DNA of 64,000 nucleotides from the NCBI GenBank assembly GCA_016283155.1, contig JAEEMI010000025.1, positions 802 to 64,801 of the forward strand, written 5' to 3'. The notes under the pieces are model-generated. The model was not told the DNA's origin. It worked only from the letters and a program-made list of their open reading frames with translations, and did no database searches. Positions within the stretch are counted from its first letter, which is position 1. Each line of letters opens with the position of its first letter. The position numbers and the translations under genes were made by a program. Shown one piece after another: positions 63,822 through 64,000 of this stretch. The DNA is from Clostridia bacterium (GTDB lineage: Bacteria; Bacillota; Clostridia; Christensenellales; UBA1242).

Positions 63822-64000
63822 TTAACGTAAAGCAACGAAACGTTTTTTGGTTTTATCATCGATCCGAAATGATTCTTTAATTTTGGAAATTGTTTTGCGC
63901 TTCAAATGATCTGCAACCCCACTTTTAAGAAACTGATACACTGCATCGGGATAACAAATTGCCACCGTTGCCAATAACCACGCTTGTCCCATATAAACCA
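63822..64000 (-). CDS. DNA alkylation repair protein (AlkD-like), 3' fragment at window edge
   Basis: Manual translation ...VYMGQAWLLATVAICYPDAVYQFL...KRKTISKIKESFRIDDKTKKRFVALR*. Confidence 0.6.
   Translation of the reverse strand, partial: VYMGQAWLLATVAICYPDAVYQFLKSGVADHLKRKTISKIKESFRIDDKTKKRFVALR

Overview
AT-rich, very compact core-genome segment of an endospore-forming Bacillota, probably Clostridia. The taxonomy is inferred from spoIIAA-spoIIAB-sigF, spoIVFB-like, ytxC-like, ricT/yaaT and rny genes. The window holds translation and housekeeping genes (thrS-rimM-trmD, rpmE-prmC-prfA, rpsF-ssb-rpsR, rplM-rpsI, rplU-rpmA, rpsU, lepA-hemW, polA, recO, rnhA, murC, asd, galU, mtaB, nrdR, pgsA) and two tRNAs (Met-CAT, Trp-CCA). 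A 29.7 kb block encodes two tandem ~4,900-aa repeat surface proteins. No IS, integrase, prophage or CRISPR array was seen. Main observations: (1) most first genes of transcription units look leaderless, with a near-consensus -35/-10 promoter ending 6-8 nt before the start codon and no Shine-Dalgarno; a second class has CATATAT-N6-start and resembles sporulation-sigma promoters. (2) The two giant paralogs are strongly diverged but share an exact 75-bp promoter/start repeat. (3) A ClpX-like ATPase lacking ZBD, GYVG, RKH and IGF elements is coupled to a MORN-repeat protein. (4) A VirB2/TrbC-like pilin gene stands alone. (5) Core proteins are systematically trimmed (PolA, ThrRS, S6, L27 without Prp, MreB-like). 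All calls come from reading the sequence by eye; no database searches were run.
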